Source: Candidatus Tepidifontimicrobium thermophilum
GTDB lineage: Bacteria > Sysuimicrobiota > Sysuimicrobiia > Sysuimicrobiales > Sysuimicrobiaceae
Direction of reading: 5' to 3'
DNA length: 64,000 bases
Assembly (NCBI GenBank): GCA_031459915.1
Contig: JAVKHO010000005.1
Coordinates: 99,259-163,258 of the forward strand
Shown here: positions 1 to 8,711 of the stretch, one piece after another
Position numbering within the stretch: the stretch's first letter is position 1
Layout of the letters: every line of letters starts with the position of its first letter
Program-made: the position numbers and the translations under genes
Notes under the pieces: model-generated
The model's input: the letters and a program-made list of their open reading frames with translations, nothing else
Told to the model about the DNA's origin: nothing
Database searches by the model: none

Positions 1-1
1 G

Positions 2-958
2 CGGGCGGGCGAGCGGGTCAGCCTGCTGGGCCGACCCGCGCACGTGCAGGCGGTGGCGCGGGACGGGCTGCACGTGGAAGGGCCCGGGGGCAGCCGCACG
101 TGGGTGCGGATCCCGGCAGCAAGCCGTCCGGAGGAGCTGGACGGGCCTTTCGACGCGGTGGTGGTGACCGTGAAGGGCTACGACACCCACCGCGCCGCGT
201 CCACGATCCCCCACCTTCTGGCGCCCCACGGCCGCGTGGTGTGTCTGCAGAACGGGGTCGGCCACGAGGAGGTGCTGGCAGGGCAGGTGGGCAGCGGGCG
301 CGTGGTGGCGGGTGCGGTCACCACCAGTGTGTCCCTGGCCGCTCCGGGACGCCTGGTGCAGCACACCCGCGGCGGCGTGGTCCTGGCGCCCTGGGACGGA
401 GCGCCCGTGGAGGACCTGGTGGACGGGCTGCGACGGGGCGGGCTCGCGGCGCGCGCCGCAGCGGACGCCCGCGGCCTCAAGTGGTCGAAACTGCTGTTGA
501 ACCTGGTGGCCAACGCCACCTGCGCGGTTCTGGACCTGCCGCCGCGGGTCATCTACGGGCACCCGGGGCTGTTTCGGGTCGAGCGCCGCATGCTCCAGGA
601 GGCGGTGGCGGTGGGCCGTGCCCTGGGGGTCCGGTGGGTGGACCTGCCGGGGTTCCCTGTGCGCATGCTGGTGCCCACGTTGCGGTGGCCGGAGCCGGTG
701 GCCCGGAGCGTGCTGCGGCGGGCGGTGTCCGGGGGCCGGGGAACCAAGATGCCGTCCCTGTGGCACGACCTGGCCCGGGGCCGCACGGAGGTGGCGTACT
801 TGAACGGCGCGGTGGCCCGGTGGGGAGCCGCGGCGGGCGTTCCGACGCCGGTCAATGAGGTCCTGGCACGCCTGGTGGAGGAGCTGAGCCTGGGGCTGCG
901 GGACCGGGAACTCTTCCGGCACCACCCGGAGGCCTTGATGCAGGCGCTGGCGCGGTAG
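2..958 (+). CDS. panE: 2-dehydropantoate 2-reductase (ketopantoate reductase, ApbA/PanE family), 5'-truncated by window edge
   Basis: Frame open from base 2; motifs VTVKGYD, CLQNGVG, KWSKLLLNLVAN, SLWHDL..GRTEVAYLNG. Confidence 0.85.
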   Translation, partial: RAGERVSLLGRPAHVQAVARDGLHVEGPGGSRTWVRIPAASRPEELDGPFDAVVVTVKGYDTHRAASTIPHLLAPHGRVVCLQNGVGHEEVLAGQVGSGRVVAGAVTTSVSLAAPGRLVQHTRGGVVLAPWDGAPVEDLVDGLRRGGLAARAAADARGLKWSKLLLNLVANATCAVLDLPPRVIYGHPGLFRVERRMLQEAVAVGRALGVRWVDLPGFPVRMLVPTLRWPEPVARSVLRRAVSGGRGTKMPSLWHDLARGRTEVAYLNGAVARWGAAAGVPTPVNEVLARLVEELSLGLRDRELFRHHPEALMQALAR

Positions 959-1030
959 GCCATCAAGCCGCGCCCCACGTGGAGCGCACCACCACGCCAC
1001 CCTACGCGCCGCGACGAGCCGTCGGCGGGC

Positions 1031-1063
1031 TTGTTGACAATCCAGTCAACAACGTGCTAGCAA
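1031..1063 (+). promoter_or_regulatory. sigma70-type promoter overlapped by palindromic operator TTGTTGAC-N6-GTCAACAA
   Basis: -35 TTGACA 1034-1039, extended -10 TGcTAGCAA (hexamer 1058-1063); inverted repeat 1031-1052. Confidence 0.65.
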
Positions 1064-1084
1064 GACGGCGAGGGGGTGGTGGCG

Positions 1085-2284
1085 ATGAAGCGGCTGGAGG
1101 GGCTGGCCCTGGGGCTGGCCGTGTGCGTGCTGCTGGCGGCTGCGGGCACGGCGGCACCGGTACGGAGCCTGCGGTTGGGCGCGGTGATCCCGTTGAGCGG
1201 GGGGCTTGCGGCCAACGGGAGGTTCATCCGCGCGGGGTACGAGTTCGCGGTGGAGTACCTCAACGCCCGGGGCGGTGTGCGGTTGGGGGGCCAGCGGGTC
1301 CCCCTCGAGCTCACGGTGCTGGATGACGAGTCCGACCCCACCAAGACCGTGAGCCGCATGGAGAGCCTGGCCCAGATGGGCATCGCTGCCTACCTGGGCG
1401 GGGTCGGCAGCCACCTGCATGCCGCCGCGGCCGCGGTGGCGGAGAAGAACCAGATCCCGTACTGCGGAGTCGGCTTCGCGCTTTGGAGCATCCACCAGCG
1501 GGGCTACAAGTACCTCTTCAGCCCGTTCCCCAAGTCCCCGGAGCTGGCGGTGGAGACGTACCGCATCCTCAACGCCTACGTACCTCCGGAGCAGCGGCCG
1601 CGCCGGGTGGCCATCTTCGCGGAGCGCACGGACTGGGGCAAGGAGCAGGCGGCCCTGTGGGTCACGCGCTCCGCGGAGTTCGGCTACCAGGTGGTCTACC
1701 AGGGGGAGTACACCGTGGGCGCGCGGGACGTGAGCGACCTGATCCTGCGGGCCCGCGCCGCGGGCGCGGAGCTGGTGCTGGCGGTGCCCACCCCCGCGGA
1801 CACCATCACCCTGGTGCGCCAGATGCGGGAGCTGGGCTTCACGCCCAAGGCCTTCTTCGCCCTGCGGGGCGCGGACTCCATCGCGGTCCGGCAGGCCCTG
1901 GGCAAGGACGGGGACTTCTGGGTGTCCATGCCCGGCTGGCACCACGCGGTGAAGTACCCGGGCGTGGACGAACTGAACGCGTGGTACCAGCGCCGCTTCG
2001 GGACGCCCGCGGAGGTGGCGGTGGGCTCCGCGGTGGCGTGCGTGCAGGTCATCGCCGCGGCGGTGGAAGCGTCCCAGAGCACAGAACCCGGCAAGATCCG
2101 GGACGCGGTGGCCAGGGTGAACCTGATGACCCTGGCGGGGAGGGTGCGGTTCCGCCCGGACGGCACGAGCCCGGTCCCGGTGATCGCCCACCAGTGGCAG
2201 AACGGCCAGAGCGTGCTGATCTGGCCGCGGGAGTTCGCCACAGCGCCGTTCGCGTACCCCGCTACCCCGTTCCCGTCCCGGTAG
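1085..2284 (+). CDS. ABC transporter substrate-binding protein (LivJ/periplasmic binding protein type 1), no adjacent permease
   Basis: Signal peptide MKRLEGLALGLAVCVLLAAAGTAA; GAVIPLSG, DDESDP motifs; SD GAGGGGG; alternative GTG start 1076. Confidence 0.85.
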   Translation: MKRLEGLALGLAVCVLLAAAGTAAPVRSLRLGAVIPLSGGLAANGRFIRAGYEFAVEYLNARGGVRLGGQRVPLELTVLDDESDPTKTVSRMESLAQMGIAAYLGGVGSHLHAAAAAVAEKNQIPYCGVGFALWSIHQRGYKYLFSPFPKSPELAVETYRILNAYVPPEQRPRRVAIFAERTDWGKEQAALWVTRSAEFGYQVVYQGEYTVGARDVSDLILRARAAGAELVLAVPTPADTITLVRQMRELGFTPKAFFALRGADSIAVRQALGKDGDFWVSMPGWHHAVKYPGVDELNAWYQRRFGTPAEVAVGSAVACVQVIAAAVEASQSTEPGKIRDAVARVNLMTLAGRVRFRPDGTSPVPVIAHQWQNGQSVLIWPREFATAPFAYPATPFPSR

Positions 2285-2405
2285 CGGGCCGCGGGTTCGA
2301 ACCCGCCAGGGCTGGGACGAGGTGGCGCCAGCCCCCGGGTGTCATATTGTGTTCGGAGACGCCGGACGGGGCCGGCCAGGACCCGTCCCAGACAGGAGGG
2401 GTCGG

Positions 2406-4049
2406 ATGCCTTCGGGGCCGCTGGCGGGTGTCGTGCGCGACCTCGGGCTGGAAGAGGACGAGGTCATTCCCTACGGACGGGACAAAGCCAAGGTGGTGGT
2501 GGACGCCCTACACCGCAGGCAGGGCCAGCGCGACGGCGCGCTGGTCCTGGTGACCGGCATCAACCCCACGTCCGCGGGAGAAGGGAAGACCACCACCGCC
2601 ATCGGGCTTGCGGACGGACTGCGCCGGCTTCGACGCCGCGCCGCGGTGGCCATCCGCGAGCCGTCCATGGGGCCGTGCTTCGGGCTCAAGGGAGGTGGCA
2701 CGGGAGGCGGCCGTGCCCAGGTCGTCCCCGCGGAGGACATCAACCTGCACTTCACCGGCGACCTCCACGCGGTGGCCGCGGCCCACAACCTCGTCGCTTC
2801 GGTGGTGGACAACGCCCTGTTCCACCGGACGGTCCCGGAGCTACGTCCTGAGAACGTGTTGTGGCGCCGGGTACTGGACACCAACGACAGGGCCCTGCGT
2901 CAGGTGGTGGTGGGCTTGGGCGGAGGTGCGCACGGAGTGGCGCGGGAGACCGGCTTCGACATCACCGCGGCCTCCGAGGTCATGGCGGTGCTGTGCCTGG
3001 CGGAGGACCGCACAGACCTGAAGCGGCGGCTGAGCCGGATGGTGGTGGGGGAGCGGGAGGACGGCAGCCCGGTGACGGTGGCGGATCTGGGAGTCGCGGG
3101 TGCCGCCGCCGCGTTGCTCAGAGACGCGATCCACCCCAACCTGGTGCGGACTCTGGAGGGGACCCCGGCCTTCGTGCACGGCGGGCCCTTTGGGAACATC
3201 GCACACGGCTGCAGCAGCCTCCTGGCCACCAGGCTGGCGCTGAAGTGCGCGGAGGTGGTGGTCACCGAGGCGGGGTTCGGTACCGAGCTCGGGGCGGAGA
3301 AGTTCGTGCACATTAAGTGCCGCACGGGACGGCTACGGCCCTCCGTGGCAGTCGTGGTGGCGTCTGTGAGGGCGCTGCGGGTCCACGGCGGTGCCGGGAA
3401 ACAGGCGGAGGAGCCCGACCCGGCCGCGGTGGAGCGGGGGCTGGCAAACCTGGACAAGCACTTGGAGAACGTGCGCCACCTGGGCATGCAGCCCGTGGTG
3501 GCCCTGAACGCCTTTGCCGCCGACTCGCGGGACGAGGTGAGGGCCGTGCTCAGGCACTGCCAGGACCTCGGGGTCCCCGCGGCCCACTTCCGGGGCTGGG
3601 AGCTGGGGAGCGAAGGTGCCCTGGAGCTGGCGGAGGTGGTGGACGAGCTGGTCCGCAATCGCCCCGAACCCACCGAGCCCCGTTACCTGTACGAACCCGC
3701 GTGGCCCCTGGCCCGGAAGCTGGAAGCGGTCGCCACCACCCTCTACGGGGCCGAGGGCGTAGACCTGTCCCCCCGTGCCCGGGCCAGGCTGGCGCGGTAC
3801 GAGGAGCTGGGTTACGGCGAGCTGGCGGTGTGCGTGGCCAAGACTCAGTACTCCCTGTCCGACGACCCAGGCAGGCTGGGCCGGCCGCAAGGTTTCCGGG
3901 TCACGGTGCGGGACGCCCGCTTGGCCGCGGGGGCGGGCTTCGTGGTGGTGTACACGGGCGACGTGCTGACCATGCCGGGGCTGCCCAGGCACCCGGCGGC
4001 GGAGCGGCTGGACGTGGATCCCACGGGGCGCGTGGTGGGGCTTACGTAG
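2406..4049 (+). CDS. fhs: Formate--tetrahydrofolate ligase (LigH-equivalent)
   Basis: TGINPTSAGEGKTT, REPSMGPCFGLKGG, INLHFTGD, HGGPFGNIAHG, VCVAKTQYS, TMPGLP; SD GGAGG before ATG 2406. Confidence 0.95.
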   Translation: MPSGPLAGVVRDLGLEEDEVIPYGRDKAKVVVDALHRRQGQRDGALVLVTGINPTSAGEGKTTTAIGLADGLRRLRRRAAVAIREPSMGPCFGLKGGGTGGGRAQVVPAEDINLHFTGDLHAVAAAHNLVASVVDNALFHRTVPELRPENVLWRRVLDTNDRALRQVVVGLGGGAHGVARETGFDITAASEVMAVLCLAEDRTDLKRRLSRMVVGEREDGSPVTVADLGVAGAAAALLRDAIHPNLVRTLEGTPAFVHGGPFGNIAHGCSSLLATRLALKCAEVVVTEAGFGTELGAEKFVHIKCRTGRLRPSVAVVVASVRALRVHGGAGKQAEEPDPAAVERGLANLDKHLENVRHLGMQPVVALNAFAADSRDEVRAVLRHCQDLGVPAAHFRGWELGSEGALELAEVVDELVRNRPEPTEPRYLYEPAWPLARKLEAVATTLYGAEGVDLSPRARARLARYEELGYGELAVCVAKTQYSLSDDPGRLGRPQGFRVTVRDARLAAGAGFVVVYTGDVLTMPGLPRHPAAERLDVDPTGRVVGLT

Positions 4050-5631
4050 CCACCTCCGACAGCTCCGCCTCCCGGGCGGATGGAGAGCTGGTCGGGGCGG
4101 GCAACACTTCGGTCCGTGCTCCGTGCCCGCGGTAGTGAAGCAGCCAGGAACACTGGCCGCGCGCGGCGTCGGGCACCGGCGCCACCCAGGTGCTTTCCCA
4201 GGTCTCCAGCTCGCCCGTGTACCTGGCCAGCCGGTAAATCCGGGCGTGGATGCACTCCCGGTCGCCGAACTCGCAGGTGTTGCCGTCCGTGCCCCCGCAG
4301 GGACCGTTGGCCAGCCCCTTCGGGCAGGTCTCCGGGCACACGAAGAAGGTGTGGGGCAGCCTGCAGGTGCCGCAGAGCTGGCACCCGAGCCAAGGCCCCT
4401 TGATGGCGCCTTCCGCCCGCGTGAGGAATCGTCCCACGGGGCCGGCGGGGTCCACGCGCCGGAGGACACCTCCGAGGGCCTGCGACGCAGGTGAGGCGGG
4501 GTCGAACACCCACCGGTCCACGGCCCCGAGGATGCGGAAGCCCCTCAGCTCCGACGCGGAAGGTAAGGCCCCACCCTCGGCCGGTCCGTCCAGGTAGTAC
4601 GCGCCCTCGGGCGTTAGCTGCACCGGCCGGCCGTCCGGGTGCTGCATCGCCGCCTCCCAGGCTGCCTGCCAGGTGGCGAGGTCGGGGCACGTCTCCGCCA
4701 GGTCCTCCACCGTCTGAAGGAGCTCCTCGAGGGTACGTGGGGTGTGCACGCCGCAGAGGTGGGCGCCACTCAGTCCCAGCCGCATCGCTCCGACCACGTG
4801 CAGGGCTGCGCGTCGGATCGCCTGTCGCCTCCCGTGGTCGGCAGACTGGGCCTCCGACTCCAGGCATCGGAGGAGGTCGGGGGGCACGTACACCCCGGGC
4901 AGGGAGCTACCCTGCAGCAGCCGTGCGGCCACCCTGGGAGTGAGGAGCCACACCGTGGCCAACACCGGAGCACGGAAGCCCCTGGCGCCTAGCCACCGGA
5001 CCACCTCCGCCAGCTTGCGGGGGTCCCAGCCGATCTGCGTCATGAGGAAGTCCGCACCGGCCCGCAGCTTCTTCGCGGCCTTCACGTACTGGCCCCAGAG
5101 GGCTTCCTCCCGGTACTTGAAGGGGTTGACGGCAGCGGCCAGGAGCGAGTTGGGGAGGCGTTGCCGCGCGATGCGGAGGGCGTCCACGGAGTCCAGGTAG
5201 CGGTCCGCCCCTGCAGGAGCAGCCTCCCGTAGGGCGTCGCCCGTGAGGAGGAGGAAGCTGGACAGCCCCCAGCTGCGGGCGCGGTCCAGGTCAGCCTCTA
5301 GATCCCGAACCGTGCGCCCCTTACCTGCCCAGTGGACCAGGGGTACCGACCCGGTCGCTTCCACCACTTGCGCCGCCACGAGGACCGGGTCGTGGTCCCG
5401 GTCGGTGCGCACCCGGTCTGAGACCGTAAGCGCATCCACCCGTCCATCCTGTTCCAGCCAGCGGGCGAGGCCCAGGACCTCGGCGAGCACGTGCTCGAGG
5501 GGTTTGGAGCCCACTAGCGGCGGCGACTCCACGGTGAGCGCGAAGGCTCCCCGCTGGAGCCGCTCCGCCAGGCGGTTCCGGTACCCCGTCTGCGGCTGGC
5601 GGCGGGGGGAGGAGGACCCGGAAGGGCCCAT
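4042..5631 (-). CDS. metF: Methylenetetrahydrofolate reductase with fused C-terminal MetV-like Cys-rich domain
   Basis: MTHFR motifs LLLTGD, AAVNPF, KKLRAGADFLMTQIGWD; C-terminal CQLCGTC..CPETCPKGLANGPCGG..CEF..EC; ATG overlaps the ligM stop (TGATG). Confidence 0.85.
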   Translation of the reverse strand: MGPSGSSSPRRQPQTGYRNRLAERLQRGAFALTVESPPLVGSKPLEHVLAEVLGLARWLEQDGRVDALTVSDRVRTDRDHDPVLVAAQVVEATGSVPLVHWAGKGRTVRDLEADLDRARSWGLSSFLLLTGDALREAAPAGADRYLDSVDALRIARQRLPNSLLAAAVNPFKYREEALWGQYVKAAKKLRAGADFLMTQIGWDPRKLAEVVRWLGARGFRAPVLATVWLLTPRVAARLLQGSSLPGVYVPPDLLRCLESEAQSADHGRRQAIRRAALHVVGAMRLGLSGAHLCGVHTPRTLEELLQTVEDLAETCPDLATWQAAWEAAMQHPDGRPVQLTPEGAYYLDGPAEGGALPSASELRGFRILGAVDRWVFDPASPASQALGGVLRRVDPAGPVGRFLTRAEGAIKGPWLGCQLCGTCRLPHTFFVCPETCPKGLANGPCGGTDGNTCEFGDRECIHARIYRLARYTGELETWESTWVAPVPDAARGQCSWLLHYRGHGARTEVLPAPTSSPSAREAELSEVAT

Positions 5632-7028
5632 CACCGGCGCGTCACCGCGGCCCGGTACTGCCGTGCGGCCTCCGAGAAGGGCACCGGTGCCACGGTGGCC
5701 CGGATCTCCGTCTGTACATGGGGCTCCACGCTCGGCTTCCGGGACCCGCCCCCTTCCTCGCCCCAGACCACCACCACCCGCGTGCCCGGCTGGCTGTACT
5801 CCTCCTGCACGATGGCCAGGGACAGCATCGCGGAGTCGTTCCAGCTGTAGCCCGGCCACATGGAGACCCCCACCACCTCCCCCTGGCGGTTCAAGACCTT
5901 GTCGTACATCCAGGTGGCGTACTGGGAGACCGGCAGGTCGATGTACTTGGCCTGCTGCCCGATGGGTCTGGTGAACAGGGTCCCGAACGCCCGCGCCACG
6001 TCTTCCCCGTCCCACACCAGGGTTACCCTGCGGCGGTGCGGCCCCGGGGCCTTGGCCTGCAGGGCCTCCCGGCCCACGAACTCGTGGTCGAACTTCACGA
6101 TGTGGCCGTAACCCAGTTCCCACGGTGTGAGGTAGTAGTCCTCGATGTTGCGAGAGTAGAAGCTCCCGCCCAGGGAGCCCACCGCCTCGTAGCTGTTGGC
6201 CGGGAGCCACTCCCGGTACGGCCGCAACTCCTCGCCGGTGTAGATGGCGGGGAGGGGACAGGGGATCCAGCCGGAGTCCAGCGCGTTGGTGGCGTACGCC
6301 CGCGACCCCACCTGCCGTAACCCGAACTCCTTACCGGCCTCCACGATGGCCGCCTTCACCTCGGGCCCCTCCTCGAAGGGCCCGAACAGCTCCGCGCCCG
6401 CCACCCCCGCCATCCCGTGGTGCAGCATGCGCACCCTACGGCCCGCGATGGTGATCCAGCCCATGTGGAAGAACTTCACGTCCGGAAGCGGCCCCCCGTT
6501 GAGCTTCTCCAGCAGCGCGGGGGCGTTCGGGCCCTGAAGCTGGAAGCGGTACACCTTGCGGGGCCGGTGGGGGTCCAGGACCGACCACTCGTCGCGTTCG
6601 AGCTCCACCCGGTACCCGCCCGTCTGGGCGTGGTACTGAACCCAGTTGTGGGCGGAGGGGCGGCCCACCAGCTGGAAGCTCTCGCGGTCCAGGTAAAAGA
6701 GGATGCCGTCCCCGATCACGTACCCCGCGGGGCTGCACACCACCAGCTGCTTGGCGCGCCCCGGCTCGAAGTTCCTGAAGCTGTTGATGGCCAGGTGTTC
6801 CAGTAACCGGAAGGCGTCCGGGCCCCGGACGTACAGGTCCGTCATGTGGTAGGACAGGTCGTACAGCGCCACCGTCTCCCGCCAGGAGCGCTGCTCGTCC
6901 CTCCAGTTGGTGAACTCCGGCGGGACCACCGGGTAGATGCGGGTCCCGGTGCGGTTGTTGTACAGGTAGTCGGTGATGCTGGGCACCGAGTCCAGCACTT
7001 CCTGAAGGTTGCGCGGCGCGGTGCTCAT
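5631..7028 (-). CDS. ligM: THF-dependent aryl O-demethylase (LigM/DesA family, GcvT fold)
   Basis: YPVVPPEFTNWRDEQ, YHMTDLY, VIGDGILFY, HGMAG, VGSRAY..N.LDSGWIPCPLPAIYTG, VWGEEGGGSRKPSVEPH closely match recalled Sphingobium LigM; SD AAGGGGG. Confidence 0.9.
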   Translation of the reverse strand: MSTAPRNLQEVLDSVPSITDYLYNNRTGTRIYPVVPPEFTNWRDEQRSWRETVALYDLSYHMTDLYVRGPDAFRLLEHLAINSFRNFEPGRAKQLVVCSPAGYVIGDGILFYLDRESFQLVGRPSAHNWVQYHAQTGGYRVELERDEWSVLDPHRPRKVYRFQLQGPNAPALLEKLNGGPLPDVKFFHMGWITIAGRRVRMLHHGMAGVAGAELFGPFEEGPEVKAAIVEAGKEFGLRQVGSRAYATNALDSGWIPCPLPAIYTGEELRPYREWLPANSYEAVGSLGGSFYSRNIEDYYLTPWELGYGHIVKFDHEFVGREALQAKAPGPHRRRVTLVWDGEDVARAFGTLFTRPIGQQAKYIDLPVSQYATWMYDKVLNRQGEVVGVSMWPGYSWNDSAMLSLAIVQEEYSQPGTRVVVVWGEEGGGSRKPSVEPHVQTEIRATVAPVPFSEAARQYRAAVTRR

Positions 7029-8065
7029 GCCCAATCCCCCCTTTCGCGGACGGGTGATTCCTTCCCACGCGACTCCAGGCGGCCGGCGACCACCTCCACG
7101 GGAGGCGTGCCGTAGGTGTGGAAGGTGGCCACGGTGGGAAGCCCCCACGCCTGGCCCTTCTTCCGCTCCGCCTCGCTCCACACGACCGGCCTCCAGTCGG
7201 GTGCCAGGATCAGGCGGGCCCCGGGGCAGGCGACCTCGAAGCGGTTCCCGCCCGGCTCGTACACGTACAGGAAGAAGGTCTGCTGGATGGCGTGCTTGTG
7301 GGGGCCGGTCTCGATGTACACCCCGTGCTCGAGACAGATGTCCGCGGCGCGCAGGACCTCCTCCCGGCTGTCCACCGCGTAGGTCAGGTGGTGGAACCGG
7401 CCGCGGCTCCCGGTGGCGTCTTCGGTGATGGCCAGCTCGTAGCTCTTGTTGCAGACACTGAGCCAGGCACCTTTCTCCGACCCGTCGTCGAACACCACCA
7501 CCTCCGTGAGGCGGAACCCCAGGACCTCCTGGAAGAAGCGGCGGCTGGCGCGCACGTCCGCGGCGAAGAAGTTCACGTGGTCCAGGCGCCGGAGGTTGCA
7601 ACCCCGGGCAGGGAAGCGGGACGCCTGGTTCTTCAGCGCGGGCTTGGTCTGGGGCGTGGGGCGGTACCACTCTACCTCGTACAGCAGCTCCAGCACGTGG
7701 CCGTCCGGGTCCCGGAACCGGTACGCGGGACCGTGGCCCAGGTCTCCGTCCACCCATCCCTCGCCCAGGCCGGTCCGCTCCACGGCCTCCACGCGCCGCC
7801 GCAAGGCCTCGGGGCTGCTGGTCCGGAAGGCGCAGTGCCCCATGCCGGGCCAGGGGGACGCGGTGACCTTCAAGGTGTGGTGCGCGTAGTCGTCCCAGCC
7901 GCGCAGGTAGACCGAATCGCCCTGCCGGCCGGTCTCCACGAGCCCCATGACCTCGGTGAAAAACCGGACGGTGTCGTCCGGGGTGGGGGTGAGCAGTTCC
8001 ACGTGGCAGAGATGCGCCACGTCGAAGCTGAGAGGCCCTACGGAGAACTGGACGTCGTCCACCAC
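7025..8065 (-). CDS. Type I (VOC-fold) extradiol ring-cleavage dioxygenase, catechol 2,3-dioxygenase family
   Basis: HLCHVELLTP, VYLRGWDDY, RRLDHVN, RFHHLTY, GPHKHAIQQTFFLYVYEPGGNRFEV (His/His/Glu Fe(II) triad); GTG start after AAGGGGG. Confidence 0.88.
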   Translation of the reverse strand: MVDDVQFSVGPLSFDVAHLCHVELLTPTPDDTVRFFTEVMGLVETGRQGDSVYLRGWDDYAHHTLKVTASPWPGMGHCAFRTSSPEALRRRVEAVERTGLGEGWVDGDLGHGPAYRFRDPDGHVLELLYEVEWYRPTPQTKPALKNQASRFPARGCNLRRLDHVNFFAADVRASRRFFQEVLGFRLTEVVVFDDGSEKGAWLSVCNKSYELAITEDATGSRGRFHHLTYAVDSREEVLRAADICLEHGVYIETGPHKHAIQQTFFLYVYEPGGNRFEVACPGARLILAPDWRPVVWSEAERKKGQAWGLPTVATFHTYGTPPVEVVAGRLESRGKESPVRERGDWA

Positions 8066-8084
8066 GCCCCACCCCCTTGGCCCG

Positions 8085-8711
8085 TTAGCTGCCGCCCTCC
8101 ACCTGGCGCCGGAGGCCGTGCAGGTCGTACGTGAGGGCACCCTGCTCCAGCTGCGCCCGCAACATCGCCTCCCGGGCGGCCCGGGCGCGGGCCGCCTCCA
8201 GCACCGCGGCCACCCGGTCCGCGGCTACCACCACCGCGCCGTCCGCGTCCAGCACCACCACGTCCCCTGGCCGTATGGTAGCCCCGCCCACGGTCACGGG
8301 CACGTCCAGGGCGCCCAGCGCGGACTTGCCCGCCCCGCGGACGGACACGAACCGCGCCCAGATGGGCAGGCCCAGGGCCTGCAGGTCCTCCAGGTCGCGG
8401 ACGGCTCCGTCCACCAGGATGGCGGCCGCGCCCCGCGCCTTCGCCTGCACCGCCAGCAGCTCCCCCACGAGGGCCACCGGGGCGGGCTCCGGCATGGTGA
8501 GCACCAGTACCTCACCAGGGCGGACCCGCTCCATGACCGCGTGCACCATGAGGTTGTCGTCCTGACCGCACCGGACCGTGCGGGCGGGGCCCGCCGCCCG
8601 GCTCCCGGGGACCACGCGGATCCACGGTCCCTCCACCAGGCCGGTGCGTCCCCCTGCCTCGTACACGGTGGCGACCCCCAACCGTGCCAGTTCGGCCGCG
8701 TCTGCGTTCAC
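8085..8711 (-). CDS. 4-carboxy-4-hydroxy-2-oxoadipate / HMG aldolase (RraA-like, LigK/GalC family)
   Basis: GVATVYEA, AGPARTV..GQDDNLMVH, GELLA, VDGAVRD, IRPGDVVVLDADG; GTG overlaps the galB stop. Confidence 0.85.
   Translation of the reverse strand: MNADAAELARLGVATVYEAGGRTGLVEGPWIRVVPGSRAAGPARTVRCGQDDNLMVHAVMERVRPGEVLVLTMPEPAPVALVGELLAVQAKARGAAAILVDGAVRDLEDLQALGLPIWARFVSVRGAGKSALGALDVPVTVGGATIRPGDVVVLDADGAVVVAADRVAAVLEAARARAAREAMLRAQLEQGALTYDLHGLRRQVEGGS

Noticed and set aside
2285..2400. Hairpin GCGGGTTCGAACCCGC resembling a tRNA T-arm or degenerate tRNA-Pro att site, plus two more hairpins before fhs (THF or ZTP riboswitch?)
   Set aside because: Alignment to the tRNA end needs gaps and may be chance at this GC content; no cloverleaf and no THF/ZTP consensus motifs; the apparently co-regulated SBP gene would fall outside the implied island
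5631..8072. Apparent long N-terminal extensions or fusions in the ORF track (ligM 813 aa, metF 722 aa, gntR 403 aa, hisS 794 aa, aspS 776 aa)
   Set aside because: Artefacts of taking the most upstream start; SD positions and stop/start overlaps support the shorter starts given
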